A program made the translations under genes and the position numbers. 64,000 nt of DNA, taken from contig CM059433.1 of NCBI GenBank assembly GCA_030390025.1, positions 20,152,001-20,216,000 of the forward strand, given 5' to 3'. The notes under the pieces were generated by a model, which was not told the DNA's origin, did not search any database, and worked only from the letters and a program-made list of their open reading frames with translations. The DNA comes from Squalus acanthias (Eukaryota). Shown one piece after another: positions 36,721 through 50,480 of the stretch. Numbering within the stretch: position 1 is the stretch's first letter; each line of letters opens with the position of its first letter.

Positions 36721-38433
36721 GATAATGATGATGATGGTGATCATGAATCCATTTTTCTTGGCTTGTTCAGTGGTCTTTCCCAGTGAAGTATCAGCAAAAT
36801 ATCTGTAAGCTTATGCTACGCTTTGTAACCATTAGCACTGCAGGCAGACAGTGTTTTATTATGGATAGTTTATAAAACTGAGCATGATTTTGTCGTGACA
36901 TGCCTTAATTGCATTAATTTAAAGCACTGCTTCTGCACATTATGGTGACAAATTTTGATTATTTTTTCATGGATTTTGTCAAAATAATCTCTTAAAGTTG
37001 CATGACCCCACAATTTAATGCTAAGGTTCTTCTCAAAATAAGGTTGTCTTGAAAGGAAATTCTGTCTTCAGCTCCCTTTAATTGCTGAGATTGTGGCATA
37101 TGGATGTTTGCTGTATTTCCTTATGTTTAGAACTGTTACTCAACCACGTGATATAATGCAAATGAGCCTCACTGGCTCCTGGCACACTACACTTGTGGGG
37201 CCATAGTCTCATTAATATGGCTGATTGACAGTTCTAAGTGTAAACCAGAACAAATCACGTATATTATATTTCCAGTAATGTAAGGCATTTGGATATGGAC
37301 GTTCTTTATTCAAGTCATATTATTTTGGGAAATGTTTGAGAATAGACTTAAAGAATGTTATGAAGTCATCCAGCTTGAAATATTGGTGACATTTGGGAGG
37401 TGGAAAGCATGACAATCTATCTATTGGGTTTATATTTTTGAAGGCTCAAAATAAAACCAAATGCAAGGGGTTTTAAAAAAAAGCTTTTATTTATCTGTAA
37501 CCTCTCCTTGTCTGGCATACTGCAGGGCTTAAGAAAAGGGGCAGAAGCTGTTTGGGGCTGAGATAGTCGAATTGAAGCAGGAATTCTGGATCAATGCAAG
37601 GAAGCGTGCTGAAAGGGTAGCTAACTTGTAAGGATTGAATTGATTCAAACTGATCTGCGAGAACCTTTAAAGCATTTACATAATCAAGCAATTGCTTCCA
37701 TTCTACTTTAATACAGCATCTTAAAAAAAAGGACATAAGTCCTTTGTCAGAATGCCAGCAGAAAGTAAAAGCAGCGATCAAGGCCACTGAAGGTGCAAAT
37801 ACCATCTGAGGGTATAATTGGCTGATTTTTTTCTTCATGCAGTCTTAATGACAGATCAATAATAGGTCACTGATATTTAAAAACTGAATTAACAATCATT
37901 TTATTTGGCTAGTACGCCAGAACCAGTTAAATTAAGCACCTATTCATCTCAGCTGGTCTCTCGACTGATTCTTGCCATAATTGTGCAGCTTCTCGTTTCA
38001 GGTAAGGATATAATCAACGTTTGGCTTTATCTGTGCTAAATAATTTTGAGCGGTTTTGAGGGTCAAGTGTTTTCTCAACCCAATTAAATCTGTATTTCCC
38101 CCAAATTTTTATTATTCAAAAATACCCCAACTGCACCTAAAAAATATGGGATTCTTGAAAAAGAACAATGCTGATTCACATCTGTTCAGCTGGCGTGCGT
38201 TAGTGTGCAGCCTGTTACTTCCCTAGGTGCAATTTCTTTTTCAATGTGAAAAGCGTCATAAAAAAAAAATCAGACCCATACATATGTGATACAATTAAGT
38301 TGCATAATAATGGGGCATGATAGTTTGCAGAAGAATAAACCAGAGATCTCCCACGAGGACCTAGCTCGTAACTGTTTCTGTGTGAGATGGTACTGAGTAA
38401 TATAGATCAGCAAGGTTACAGCTTTGAGCCTTG

Positions 38434-38617
38434 GGGGTAGAAAGTCGACTTGGGTGGAAGCGCAACACAGGCGGAATCTGTTTGGCCGCCGTTATACGCC
38501 CAGCCCGGTATCGAGCTCTATTGACTTCAATGGAACTGATTATCGGGCGCACATATAGCAGGCGGCCAATGTGATACCGCCTTTTTTGCGCTGTTGAGCT
38601 AGTTGAGTTTCTACCCC
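38434..38617. mobile_element. 184-bp palindromic MITE
   Basis: TIRs ggggtagaaa / tttctacccc, TTG TSD (38431-38433 and 38618-38620), central ctattgacttcaatgg dyad. Confidence 0.85.
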
Positions 38618-38694
38618 TTGGTCTTTGCAGTGTTAGCTGATCTGAGATAATTCGGTGCTTGGAATGCTATAATTGACCTCAGCACTCCTGTGAT

Positions 38695-39144
38695 AAGAAC
38701 GAAAGACTCGCATTTATATAGCGCCTTTCATGGCCTCAGGACGCTCCAAAGCACTTTACACTTTTGAAGTGTAGTCACTGTTGTAATGTAGGAAACGCGG
38801 CAGCCAATTTAGGCACAGCAAGCTCCCACAAACAGCAGTGCGATAATGACCAGATAATCTTGTTTTAGTGATGTTGATTGAGGGATAACTATTGGCCAGG
38901 ACACCGGGGATAGCTCCCCTGCTTTTCTTCAAAATATGGGATCTTTTACGTTCACCTGAGAGAGCAGACGGGGCCTCGGTTTAACGTCTCATCTGAAAGA
39001 CGGCACCTCTGACAGTGCAGCACTCCCTCAGCACTGCACTGGAGGGTAAACCTAGATTTTTATAATAAAATCTCTGGAGGGAGACTTGAACCCACAACCA
39101 TTTGACTCAGAGGCAAGAGTGCTACCAACTGAGCTACGGCTGAC
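38695..39144 (-). mobile_element. SacSINE1/Deu-SINE-like SINE, near full length
   Basis: Reverse complement of the family at 11550-11980; head gtcagccgtagctcagttggtagcac...ggttcaagtc. Confidence 0.9.
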
Positions 39145-39639
39145 TTGCTCCTAATTGCTATCCAGTGACTCCTGATGGAAGAGAGTGTTTTTGGATGCTG
39201 TGAGGGTTGTGTTCAGCTATGAGGATCTTCATGGTAGAATAGCCTGACAACTGTCAATGGCCAGCCCACTTTCATTGAGGTACTTGAGAGCGACCACTGC
39301 CTGTTAAACTTTACCACAGCAGGAATCACTTCCATCAGGAGAGATGGGGACAGGGAGAAAAATTGGAAAAGGAGGTAAAAAAGGTGAAGCAGGAAATAAT
39401 TCTCACATCCTTTGGCTGGCAGTGAATCCCATACATTTAGATTTAGCTTAATTTAATCGCTTAATGAGTTACCCGTTACTTGAGTGCACCTCAACACTAC
39501 TTAAGAGTATTTGTTTCTTATAGATCACTGTTGTACATCAAGGTCAACTTTAAATGTCAACTGTTCTTGGAAAAACAGAAGCAGAAAATGTATTTTAATT
39601 TATGTTTAGCACCCTCTTTAAATTACAAGTTGTATTTTT

Positions 39640-39985
39640 TTTTATTTGTTCCTGGGATCTGGGCGTCGCTGGCAAGGCCAACATTTATTGCCCATCCCTA
39701 GTTGCCCTTGAGAAGGTGGTGGTGAGCCGCCTTCTTGAACCGCTGCAGTCCGTGTGGTGATGGTACTCCCACAGAGCTGTTAGGGAGGGAGTTCCAGGAT
39801 TTTGACCCAGCGACGATGAAGGAACAGCAATGAAGGAAGGGCCGAATGGCCTCCTCCTGCTCCTATGTTTCTATGATATATTTCCAAGTCAGGATGGTGC
39901 GTGACTTGGAGGGGGACTTGCAGGTGATGGTGTTCCCATGCGCTTGCTGCCCTTGTCCTTCTAGGTGGTAGAGGTCGCGGGTTTG
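39640..39985 (-). mobile_element. 3' fragment of the CR1/Jockey-group LINE seen at 9322 and 43550, with a small CR1-tail insert (about 39836-39876)
   Basis: Near-identical to 43560-43850; the insert gggccgaatggcctcctcctgctcctatgtttctatga is a CR1 tail. Confidence 0.85.
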
Positions 39986-40560
39986 ATTGTGATTATCTAA
40001 AAGTTTGTGTGAACTTTGGATTATCCCCTGTAATGAATTGTTTTAATTAACTAAACATGCCCAGTGCTTTAGAATATGAATGCCAATTTATGAATTTCAT
40101 TTGTATCTTTTCAAAAATCTGATTAAAACTTATTGAGAAACTGTGGTAACATTATCTGTCAATGTACAGAGCCAGCTGATAGCAGTCCTCTGTCCATAAT
40201 GCCCTAATGCAGCATCATGAAGATCAATCACTCGCAGATCAAAAATGTTGCTGCACAGCATGTAGGTCCTGAGTAGATGGTGACCATTGTTCACACTTGG
40301 CCTCCCTGAGTTCCATTTTCTGTCCCAGAACAGGCTGGAAGGTACGCTGGCAGGGATCATCTCTGTAGATTAATGTCTTAACATATGTGGAAACCTTAAG
40401 TATAGGAGAGCTGTACAAAGATGCAGCAGGAGTTAGTAATGCATATGCTAATATCGTTGGCCTCTCATCCACAATCTTGGGTTCAGCAAAAAGATTTCTT
40501 AAAATATTGACCGCTTCCTTGCTGAAAAGTCAACATGATCTTAGACCCACAGAATCAATA

Positions 40561-40826
40561 GGCCCCGATTTTAACTCCAGGTGGATTCCTCACTCAGGCC
40601 TGAGTTAAAATTGCAGTCGGGTCTTAATGATGTCATCGGGCTGCAACATGCATATGTAAAGAAAGACCCTGTTGGCTCCGGGTGCGTGTCCTTGCTGCCT
40701 GCTCAGGAGAGCAGGTTAAAATTGCAGATGTTGCGATCATGGCGACTTTCGGACAGGTAAGAGCCAGGGCGATTTTAACTGCTCACCTGTCAGGTTCCTG
40801 CTGAGCGAGTAGGGTTAAAATTGCCC
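40561..40826. mobile_element. MITE (family of 15260-15508)
   Basis: TIRs ggccccgattttaac / gttaaaattgccc. Confidence 0.8.
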
Positions 40827-41329
40827 GAAACTACAACACAGTAGGAGGCCATTCAGCCCTTGTGCCTGTGCAGTGCTAACTCTTCATGTCATCAGAGCTA
40901 ATAATATGGTGGGCATCTGATGTGCTGAAGAGGAGGCCACATTGTTGAACAAAGGTTCCTGCCACTGATGCCCCGCAGAACCATTGGTCCACTGCTCCCT
41001 TGCCCATGTTCCCTGTGCCTCTCACAGCCTTTCTCCCCCGCCCCCGCATTGGAAAATTGACTGGTGCACAATAGGCAGTCAGTAGCCCCTCACTGCCTGC
41101 TGATGCCCAACAATGTGGCCTTGTTGCTCCCAGGATATCATGGGTAACACACTGGAACAGAAGTAGCTGACCTGTTTTATCTGCTGCGTGCAAAGGTACA
41201 TACAGCATGCCAGTGAAGGTGTTGTGCATGTTATCGGCCCCATAGTGTCTGCCGCAGTAGCCACTTGTAATAAATTGTTGCATAACTGTCTGTGTGGAAA
41301 CAAAGTGTTCCAACTTCCCACTTCATTCT

Positions 41330-42200
41330 TCTGGTGATCGTTCTAAGCCTATGCTCCCTTGTTGTTAATTCACCAACCAGTGGAAACAATCTTTCACTAT
41401 TTACCTTCTTAAAACCTTAATACTCTTCAAAACCTTTATTAAATCTCTTAGTAACCTCTGTTCTAGTGAAATAGTCCCAATTTTTCAAGTCCTTCTTTAC
41501 AGCTATAGCCTCATATTTGTAGTTATAGCCTTCCCATGGCTCCAGTATCCTTCTTCTAATGCCCAAAACTGCATACATTAATCCAGCTGTGGCAACCAAT
41601 GTCTTGTACAAATTTAACATTACTTTTTGGCTTTTATAGTCAATGGCACAAGTTTAATACCCAGATTCCCACTGGCCTTTTTATAGCCTGTTCTATTTGC
41701 AGTTCTAGACATCTGCATCTCTAAATCTCTCTGTTCCCATTTAAGCTGCATTTCCTTTCACTGTTTTTACAAAAATGTTCTGCTTCACATTTCTGTGCAC
41801 TGAACTGTATCTGCCCACTCCACGAACCTATCTGTGTGCTCTTGCATTCTTCCTCAGTTTGCCATGCCCCCTAATTTAACATCATTAGTAAATGTCAGCA
41901 TCATTCTATTGTGCCTACATCCAAATATATATAATATATATATGGAAAACAAAAGAGAGCCCAGCATGGATCCCTCCCTGCAACCACCTCCTGATCACCA
42001 AAAATATGCATTTAGTTCTACTATTGGGTCTCTTTAGTCCTTGTACTCTCTCTGCTCCAACCTCCTTCAGTCATCTGGGATTCATACAATCTGTGCCTGG
42101 TAACTTTTTTTTACTTTTAGCCCCGTTAACTTTTTTTATTAATTTCCTTTTGACTACTTCGCCCCAGCAGTGGCCTTTCCACGTAGCCCTCGGGTATTCC
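41330..42200 (-). mobile_element. Old CR1 fragments
   Basis: MLNLYKTLV..., PGTDCMNPR (cf. PGPDGMHPR); many disablements. Confidence 0.6.
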
Positions 42201-42427
42201 TGTAGTCTTAATTTGACCTTCGATAAAGTAAGGTGGGAGGGGGCCCGTGTGGAGCATAAACATCGGCATAAGCCCGTTAGGTTGAATGGCTTGTTTCTGT
42301 GCTGTAAATTCGATGTGATTCCTCCGCAAAAACCGAGGCAATACATTTATTAAGCATCACCACCATTCCCACATTCCTGTCTCTTTAGCTATCCTTTTAC
42401 TTTTTGGTGTGTTTATGCTTGGCCCAC

Positions 42428-42860
42428 TGTCAGTTTGGCTCAGTGGGAGCATGCTTGCCTCTGAGTCAGAAGATTGTAGTTTCAAACCCCACTCCAGGAC
42501 TTGAGTGCGTAATCTTAGTTGACAATTGAGTGCAGTACTGAGGGAGTGCTGCATTGTTGGAGGTGCCATCTATCAGATCAGGTATTAAACTGAGCACCTG
42601 TCTATCTGATGTTAAAGATACCATGGCCCTATTCGAAGAGCGGCAGAGAAGTTCTCCTGGCATCCTAGCTAATGCTTGGCCTTCAACCAACACAAAGTCA
42701 TTCATTTCATTGCTGTTTATGGGACCTTGCTGCGCACAAATTGGCTCTTGTATTTGCATATATAACAACAGTGACTACACTTCAAAAGTAATTATTTTGC
42801 TGTGAAGCACTTTGGGATATCCTGAGGACATGAAAGGTGTTATATAAATAAAAGGTCTTC
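42428..42860 (+). mobile_element. SacSINE1/Deu-SINE-like SINE
   Basis: tRNA-like head tggctcagtggg...gagtcagaag, conserved body and tail ggtgttatataaat. Confidence 0.85.
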
Positions 42861-43549
42861 CTTTTTCCCTTTGTGTTGCTCACCAGCTTTCATTTATTCT
42901 CCCTCTTATCCTCCATAATCTTCCCATTTACTTTCCTTCGATATTGTTCATATTTCTCATAGTTAGATATTTATGGCCCCTTCTGGGAGACCTGCTCCAG
43001 TGGCACAGCAACTTCCCATGGAGGAAGACACAGACCGCAGCCCAACTTGCAGGGACAAGTGTCATTAACATTTTTGGTGCAGGCGGCGCATACCTGCAAT
43101 TGTTCAAACTCCCCACTGTGGTGTGATTGCCCAACACCACAGTGCTTTGTCCTCGTAGCAGTGTATGCATGTCTCAAAGTGGGGCATTCTCTGGTGCTTC
43201 TCTGAGGTACTAGCTCCATGCCATAGCCTGTAAGGTGACTGACAGCTGAGTTTCCATGAGAGATTCCTGGGTGGCTCGCGACTTCCATCGGCATGGGCTC
43301 TACCTCAGGCTGCTTCAATACCACTCATGTGATGCCAACCTGACCGTGGCCACTCTCTGCCATATGGAAAATCATTGCAGGTGGAATGGTATGGGCAGGG
43401 TGCTATCATGAAAGAGAACACCATATTCCTCCACTTAGACGCTCAGTATCACTGTCTTGTTAATTAGCAGCAATCTGAAGTTTCTTGAGAGATGCAAAGA
43501 TTGGTATTATGGCCTCTGCAGTGACGAGCTGAACTACAGATGTCCTTTT

Positions 43550-44470
43550 CAAAAATTTGTTTATGGGATCAGGGCGTCGCTGGCAATGCCAGCATTTATT
43601 ACCCATCCCTAGTTGCCCTTGAGAAGGTGGTGGTGAGCCGCCTTCTTGAACCGCTGCAGTCCGTGTGGTGAAGGTACTCGCACAGTGCTGTTAGGTAGGA
43701 AGTTCCAGGATTTTGACCCAGCGATGATGAAGGATCGGCGATATACTTCTAAGTCAGGATGGTGTGTGACTTGGAGGGGAACTTGGAGGTGGTGGTGTTC
43801 CCATGTGCCTGCTGCCCTTGTCCTTCTAGGTGGTAGAGGTCGCGGGTTTGGGAGGTGCTGCTGAAGAAGCCTTGGCGAGTTGCTGCAGTGCATCTTGTAG
43901 ATGGTACACACTGCAGCCATGGTACGCCAATGGTGGAGGGAGTGAATGTTTAAGGTGGTGGATGGGGTGCCAACCAAGCGGGCTGCTTTGTCCTGGATGG
44001 TATCGAGCTTCTTGAGTGTTGTTGGAGCTGCACTCATCCAGGCAAGTGGAGAGTATTCCATCACACTCCTTACTTGTGCCTTGTAGATGGTGGAAAGGCT
44101 TTGGGGAGTCAGGAGGTGAGACACTCGCCACAGAATACCTAGCCTCTGACCTGCTCTTGTTGCCACAGTATTTATGTGGCTGGTCCAGTTAAGTTTCTGG
44201 TTAATGGTGACCCCCAGGATGTTGACAGTGGGGGATTCGGCGATGGTAATGCCATTGAATGTCAAGGGGAGGTGTTTAGACTCTCGCTTGTTGGAGATAG
44301 TCATTGCCTGGCACTTCTGTGGCGCGAATGTTACCTGCCACTTATCAGCCCAAGCCTGAACGTCGTCCAGGTCTTGTTGCATGCAGGCATGGACTGCTTC
44401 ATTATCTGTGGAGTTACGAATGGCGCTGAACACTGTGCAGTCATCGGCGAACATCCCCATTTCTGACCTT
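43550..44470 (-). mobile_element. Young 5'-truncated non-LTR retrotransposon (CR1/Jockey-group RT C-terminus)
   Basis: ORF 43609-44610: FADDCTVF...WADKWQVTFAPQKC...IYKAQVRSVMEYS...; the ORF is open across the LINE part. Confidence 0.92.
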
Positions 44471-45760
44471 GAAAGTGCCATACACTTCAAAAGGGACTGC
44501 AGTGTTACAATGCCATGCATTAGTACCCCACACATGCAGGTAGTGAACTCCTCCATACCATTCACCATGTGATTGAAGTTCTTGGGCAGGTGTCCCAAGC
44601 AATCTGTCATGCTCTGAAAGGCTTTTGTTAAAAGCTGAGCAACAGAGGTTCGGGTACCTGTCTCATCCGCTGTGGGGGAGATGCAGCAGGTCTCTCTGGA
44701 CAGCTGATTCCTGGTCCTCCTGCACTACTTCTACCCGTGCTGTGTTCTTTCCCCGTAGTGCTGCTGACTTGCTAGATGCTCCATGGTCGAGGAATCTGGG
44801 CTGTTGCTTGCCAAAATGGGATTGAGTGATGCGGTGTGGTGTGAGGTGTCAGATATCTCCAGTGAACTGGTTCCCGGCTCGAGTTCTTCCACATCTGTGA
44901 AGTCATAAGGAGAAACAGTGTTACTTACAGTTGTTCATTTCCATTTGCTCTCAAAGAGCTTTGCCTAAGTGCTGCTAGTGAATGGCAACTGTTCAGTAAG
45001 TGCCAGCAATTATGCTAAGCAGAGAGTGAAAGGAATTGCTGCACGAACCCTGAACTGGGACCAAGCCATCTGCTTCCCCATCTCCTGCCTCCTGATCGAA
45101 ATCGCAGCCCGAAATTTACAGGGCCAGCTCTTCGAACATGCAGAGAGGTGTGTGTTGCCAATCCTCCTTATCCCCCACTTGCAATGTGCATTCTTCTTTC
45201 ACAGAGGCGTAGACGTGTACGCCTCAGTTGTCATCGTCACAACTTAGCCAGGTGTTTGGGTGCTCTGCATTGCTATTGCTGTGACAGAATCATGCAGAAT
45301 GTCGGTGCTGGGTATTGAGGGAATTGGAATGGGCGGAAGGACCTGGTTAAAAATGCGGTTGGGGAAACTGATGAGTGCCGTGTGTTCACCATCAAGGGCA
45401 AGCTAAATACTTTGTGAGAGCATGTGAAGGCAGGAGAGAATGTTGCTCCAGTTATTTGTGGATGCTCTGTTTTATTCGGATGTTGAAGTGCGAACCCCTA
45501 CCTTGCCATTCCCGCGAGATCATTGAATATTTTGCGGCACTGTACCCAGGTCTCCTGTAAAGTCCTGCTCGCATTGATTGCATTGGTCATCTCCGTCCAA
45601 GCTTATTGGCCCTCTGCATTCCTGACTCTCCTGCCATTCCGCGGGAGAGGAGTCTCCCTCCTCTGCTACACCATCGCAGCACCACCGCAGCATTACTTCA
45701 GTAGTTCAGGTTCTTCATTAAGCCTGTAGGGCTCTCTGCCTTGCTGCTGCTGCTGATGGC
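44471..45760 (-). pseudogene. Decayed Harbinger Myb/SANT gene relic (host of the LINE insertion)
   Basis: Minus strand about 45500-45680 translates QRRETPLPRNGRR...AWTEMTNAINASRTLQETWVQCRKIFNDLAGMA then gtaggg. 44471-44610 (MTDCLGHLPKNF..MVNGMEE) resembles exon 3 of the 17.8-19.6 kb Myb gene (MLDALGSLPESL..MSRSMEE). Confidence 0.7.
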
Positions 45761-46009
45761 CACTTCCTGTCCTTTCACAACCACTTTCTGCGGCTATAAT
45801 GGAAAACAAAATCAGGCTTTTAAGTTGCTACAGGCCATTAAGGTTTGCAGCAGTGTTTGAAATCTCAATTGGAGCACCGCATGGGTAATTTTGGAGAAGG
45901 CGGTGGGGGGTCAGGGAATTGGGGCCAATGGGTTTATGCAGGTCAAAGTGTTAAGATGATTGGGGCAACATGCCGGTAAATGACAGTTAAAAAGTTTGGA
46001 TTCTTCTTA

Positions 46010-46770
46010 ATGATGCATTTTGGGAGGACTAACAAGGCAAGGGAATACACAATGAATGGTATGACCCTAGGAAGGACAGAGGATCAGAGGGACCTTGGTG
46101 TGCATGTACATAGATCCCTGAAGGCAGCAGGACAGGTAGATAAGGTGGTTAAAAAGGCATATGGGATACTTGCCTTCATTGATGGAGCTGTACAAAACAC
46201 TAGTTAGGCCACAGCTGGAATATTGTGTGCAGTTCTGGTCACCACACTATAGGAGGGATGTGATTGCATTGGAGAGGGTGCAGAGGAGATTCACCAGGAT
46301 GTTACCTGGGCTGGAGCGCTTCAGCTATGAAGAGAGACTGGACAGGCTGGGGTTGTTTTCCTTAGAGCAGAGAAGGCTGAGGGGGGACCTGATTGAGGTG
46401 TACAAAATTATGAGGGGCATAGAGAGGGTAGATAGAAAGGAACTTTTCCCCTTAGTAGAGGGGTCAATAACCAGGGGGCATAGTTTCAAGGTAAGGGGCA
46501 GGAGGTTTAGAGGGGATTTGAGGAAAAACTTTTTCACCCAGAGGGTGGTTGGAATCTGGAACTCACTGCCTGAAAGGGTGGTAGAGGCAGGAACCCTCAC
46601 AACATTCAAGAAGCATTTAGATGAGCACTTGAAACGTCATAGCATACAAGGCTACGGACCAAGTGCTGGAAAATGGGATTAGAATAGATAGGGCTTGATG
46701 GCCGGCGCGGACACGATGGGCCGAAGGGCCTCTTTCTGTGCTGTATAACTCTATGACTCTATATGACTCT
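46010..46770 (+). mobile_element. Young 5'-truncated CR1
   Basis: ORF 46161-46682 LVRPQLEYCVQFWSPHYRRDV...GYGPSAGKWD; tail (ctatga)n. Confidence 0.95.
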
Positions 46771-47384
46771 ATTAACCTTGATAACGATGCTTAATTTGCA
46801 TTGGAGAACAGTGAAGTACAGGATTGGGTGTTTGCCAGTGGCCTCCTACCTTCAGCTTCAGTAACTAAATATTCAAGGGAAGGTTGGTGAACCTGGGGGA
46901 AAGTTGTAGCAGGTCAGACATGTAGAGAATGTAAAGCGCATCAAACCTCCTTGGGAGCTTCAGATTTCCATTTTAATGACCTGGTTGCTGAAACTAAATG
47001 ACAGGAAAAAAAAGCAATTTCACCGGGTAACGGAATTATTTGCGACTGGTTACAGTTTCTGTTACCTGGTTTGTTGACAGAGGAAAAAAACACAGCAGTT
47101 AACGGACAGCTGCAGAGTCAGACTTCACTTTTACCATTCTTGACCTTGTCTGGGGACTAGTTATGATAAAATGTAGGTGTCACATTGTTGGTTTGATGCA
47201 AGATATATACTGGTATGTGTCACACTGCTATCAGAGACACTTTCCCACCGTAGACAGCTGAAAACAAGCATAAAAACCATGACAGCTATCCCATCTGCCT
47301 GTAGTTCTTTTGGGCATATATGATGAGATTACCTGTTTTGGAAGGTGATGGTAGATTGATGATAGTGGTCTTATGTTGTTATGC

Positions 47385-48125
47385 CTCTCCCTGGCCAGTG
47401 TCTTAGGCTGAACCAGACTGTTCTCAACCTCAGCGTCTATTTGACCCTAAGTTGAGTTTCCGACCCCATATCCTCTCCATCACCAAGACTGCCTACTTCC
47501 ACCTCCGTAATATTGCCCGTCTCCATCCCCACCTCAGCCCATCTACTGCTGAAACCCTCATTCATGCTTTTTTAATCACCAGATTTGACGATTCCAATGC
47601 TCTCCTGTCTGGCCTCTCATCTTCCACCCTCCATAAATGAGCTCATCCAAAACTCGGCTGCCCGTATCCTAACTTGTGTCAAGTCCCGTTCACCCATCGC
47701 CCCCTGTACTTGCTGACCTACATTGGCTCCCGGTCCACCAAGCCTCAAATTTAATATTCTCATCCTCACGTTCAAATCTCTCCGTGGCCTCGCCCCTCCC
47801 TATCTCTGTCACCTCCTCCAGCTCTACAACCCTCCGAGATCTCTGCGCTCCTCCAATTCTGGTCTCTTGTGCATCCCCCACTTCCTTTGCTCCACAATTG
47901 CCGGCCGTGCCTTCAGCCATCTCGGCCCTAAATTCTGGAATTCTCTCACCACAACTCTTCACCTCTCCTCCCCTCTCTCCTTCTTTAAACCAACGCATTT
48001 GGTCAGCTGTCCTCATGTCTCCTTCTTTGGCTCGGCCTGAGCTTTTGTCTGATTTATGCTCCTGTGAAGTGCCTCGGGGCATTTTACTCCGTTAAAGGTG
48101 CTATATAAATGCAAGTTGTTGTTGT
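47385..48125 (+). mobile_element. L2 LINE 3' portion
   Basis: LSFRPHILSITKTAYFHLRNIARLHPHLS..AETLIHAFLITRFD; L.DLHWLPV; tail ggtgctatataaatgcaagttgttgttg. Confidence 0.9.
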
Positions 48126-48851
48126 AAAGTGCGCCTCTGTTCTAAATGGGAATGGACGCCATTGTTTCAGTTTAATAATCTTGGTTCTTGCCCAATCTGC
48201 AGCGCCTTCAAAGTCCAAGGAGTCCATTTCAAGTCTTTTTTGCATTTGCTGCTGAATTATACTTTACTCTGCTTAATATATTTTTTATTATTATTTTTCG
48301 CGGCAGCGTGATGTAGCATTTGACCAGCTGCCTATAACACAAGTCACAGTTTACTGATGCATTTGACACAATTGCCATGCCAGTACATTATTTTTACAGG
48401 AGAAAATGCATCATGAAGTTTAAGTATTGGTTGGGTGCTGGGAGATGCTGAACATTTGCGCGGTTATTAGTCTTTGAAGGAGCTATGCACAGGCCCCTTT
48501 CCTCCTGACTCCTCAAAGGGAAAAAAAAGATCAACAAAAATTAAAAGAACACAAATCAGTCAATCTTTTAATGTTAAAAATACATATTAAGTAACTGAAA
48601 TAAATCAGCTCTACTTTGAGATGGTACACAATGTTATCACAATGCATCTACACACGAGCTCAAGACAATATTTGCAGCACTGCAGACTTCTGAAGCTTCA
48701 TTAAAAAATCCTTTCGCAGCTGAAGTGGCCCCCTGTTAAATACTTATTTTAAACTGCTCAAAATGAGCTGAAGTATAAGAGTCAAGAGCAAATTGCTCAT
48801 TAAAAAAAAAACCTTGATTCTGAGGCACTGTCAGAATCTACAGAAGGTACA

Positions 48852-49005
48852 GGGGCTAATTTTGACTTTGTGTAATCGAGTAAAATGGGCGACAGCGAAT
48901 CGGCAGCCCGCTTTACACCTCTCCGGATTTTGGAAATTAAAATTGGGAGAGCGATAAAACAGGCCGCCAACTTATACACGATCGCACAAAGTCAAAATCT
49001 ACCCC
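48852..49005. mobile_element. Small palindromic MITE
   Basis: ggggctaattttgactttgtg ... cacaaagtcaaaatctacccc. Confidence 0.75.
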
Positions 49006-49683
49006 ATGGTGTCGAAGCTGTTGGATCTGTGATGAAAATTAAAATGTTGTAACAACTACTGTTTGCCACTAGAGGGAACGCTACTATTTACAGAGTTGAG
49101 TGAGCGCCTCAATAGACTCACAAATGACCCAAGACCTGAACATTTTGACACTGGGCCAGTGTACCCGCTTATTTTTCGTGCTTCCACAAAAGGTGTAAAC
49201 GTATTTTACTTCAGCAAGAATGTAGTCGAAAAGTACCTTTATACATTTGAAGTTGAGACTTAACCCACAAAAGCATGGGGGAAGATTTCTTCTGTAACAA
49301 AACCGTGCACACGGTTAGAAAGGGCATTGTTACAATTTTACTGCAAGTAGAAAACAGAGTAAAATCTCTCCCTTTGTGTAGTTTGCAAGATTTTCAGGGG
49401 GAAGGTGTTTGAAAAGGAATTACTTGGAATAATTTTTGCCAGAAGGGATTTGGCACTGACTGGCGTGCAACAGGGTGGGAGTAGAACTGAGGTGCATGTC
49501 ACATGCCTGGTCAGACTGCCATAAATTGCCTGGGAATCGTTTTCCTATTGGTGTCAACTTGTTGGAGTTAATGGCAAGTTAATGCTTTCCCCTCCATGTT
49601 ATCTGTTATATACTCAGATATTCTCACCCAAAGATGAAGACTGCAGCTCACTGCCCATTGCCTTCCTTACCCTGTCTTTGAGT

Positions 49684-50480
49684 CAACAACAACTTAGCTT
49701 TATATAACAACTTCAATGTAGCAAAAACACCCCATGGCCCTTTACAGTTTGGAGTTAGACACATGCAGGAGGGGGCGGGGGCGGAATTAGAGGAGGTGGC
49801 TGAAAGTACAATAAAAGAGGTAGGTTTTGAGGAGACTCTTGAAGGTGGGGAGAGGTATCATAAGGCAGAAAGGTTTGCAGCAAGAGTGTGAGGGCAAGAT
49901 GACTGGGGTATCGGCGACTGATGGGGAAGGGGAGAATATATAATAGATGAAAGTTAGGTGTGCAGATGTTTTAAGCAAGCATGTATGGCTGGAGAAGGTG
50001 GCAGAGGGAGGAATGAATAACTAGTCTTGCTAATGTTGAACCAGAAAAAGTTCTGGCTCACCCACAACTTGATGTCAGACGGGCAGATGGACAACACAAC
50101 AGCAGTCATGGAATCAAGGGTGGTGGTAGAGAAGTAAAGTTGGTTATTATTGACATAGATATAAACATTGTGGATAGCATTGCCAAGAGGACCAAATAGA
50201 TAAAGAATAACAGGGAGCAAGGATAGAACCATAGGGCAAACCAGACATGAATGGGCATGGAAGGAGAAGCCATTGCAGGAGAAGAGCTGGCTCTGGGGAA
50301 TCAGATAGGAATGAAACCAAAGGATTGTGGCACCATGGAGGTGGATCTCAGAAATGATACTGGAGAAGGTTGAGGTGCTCAACTGTGCCAAATGCTGCAG
50401 CGTGGTTGGAAAGGATAAGGAAAGATAATGCACCATGGCCACAGTCACACAGTGCTCCATTTTCCACCACACATGACCAC
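49684..50480 (-). mobile_element. Degraded L2 LINE
   Basis: Tail caacaacaacttagctttatataac on the plus strand; minus-strand STTTLDSMTAVVLSICPSDIKLWVSQNFFWFNISKT is L2 RT-like. Confidence 0.75.
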
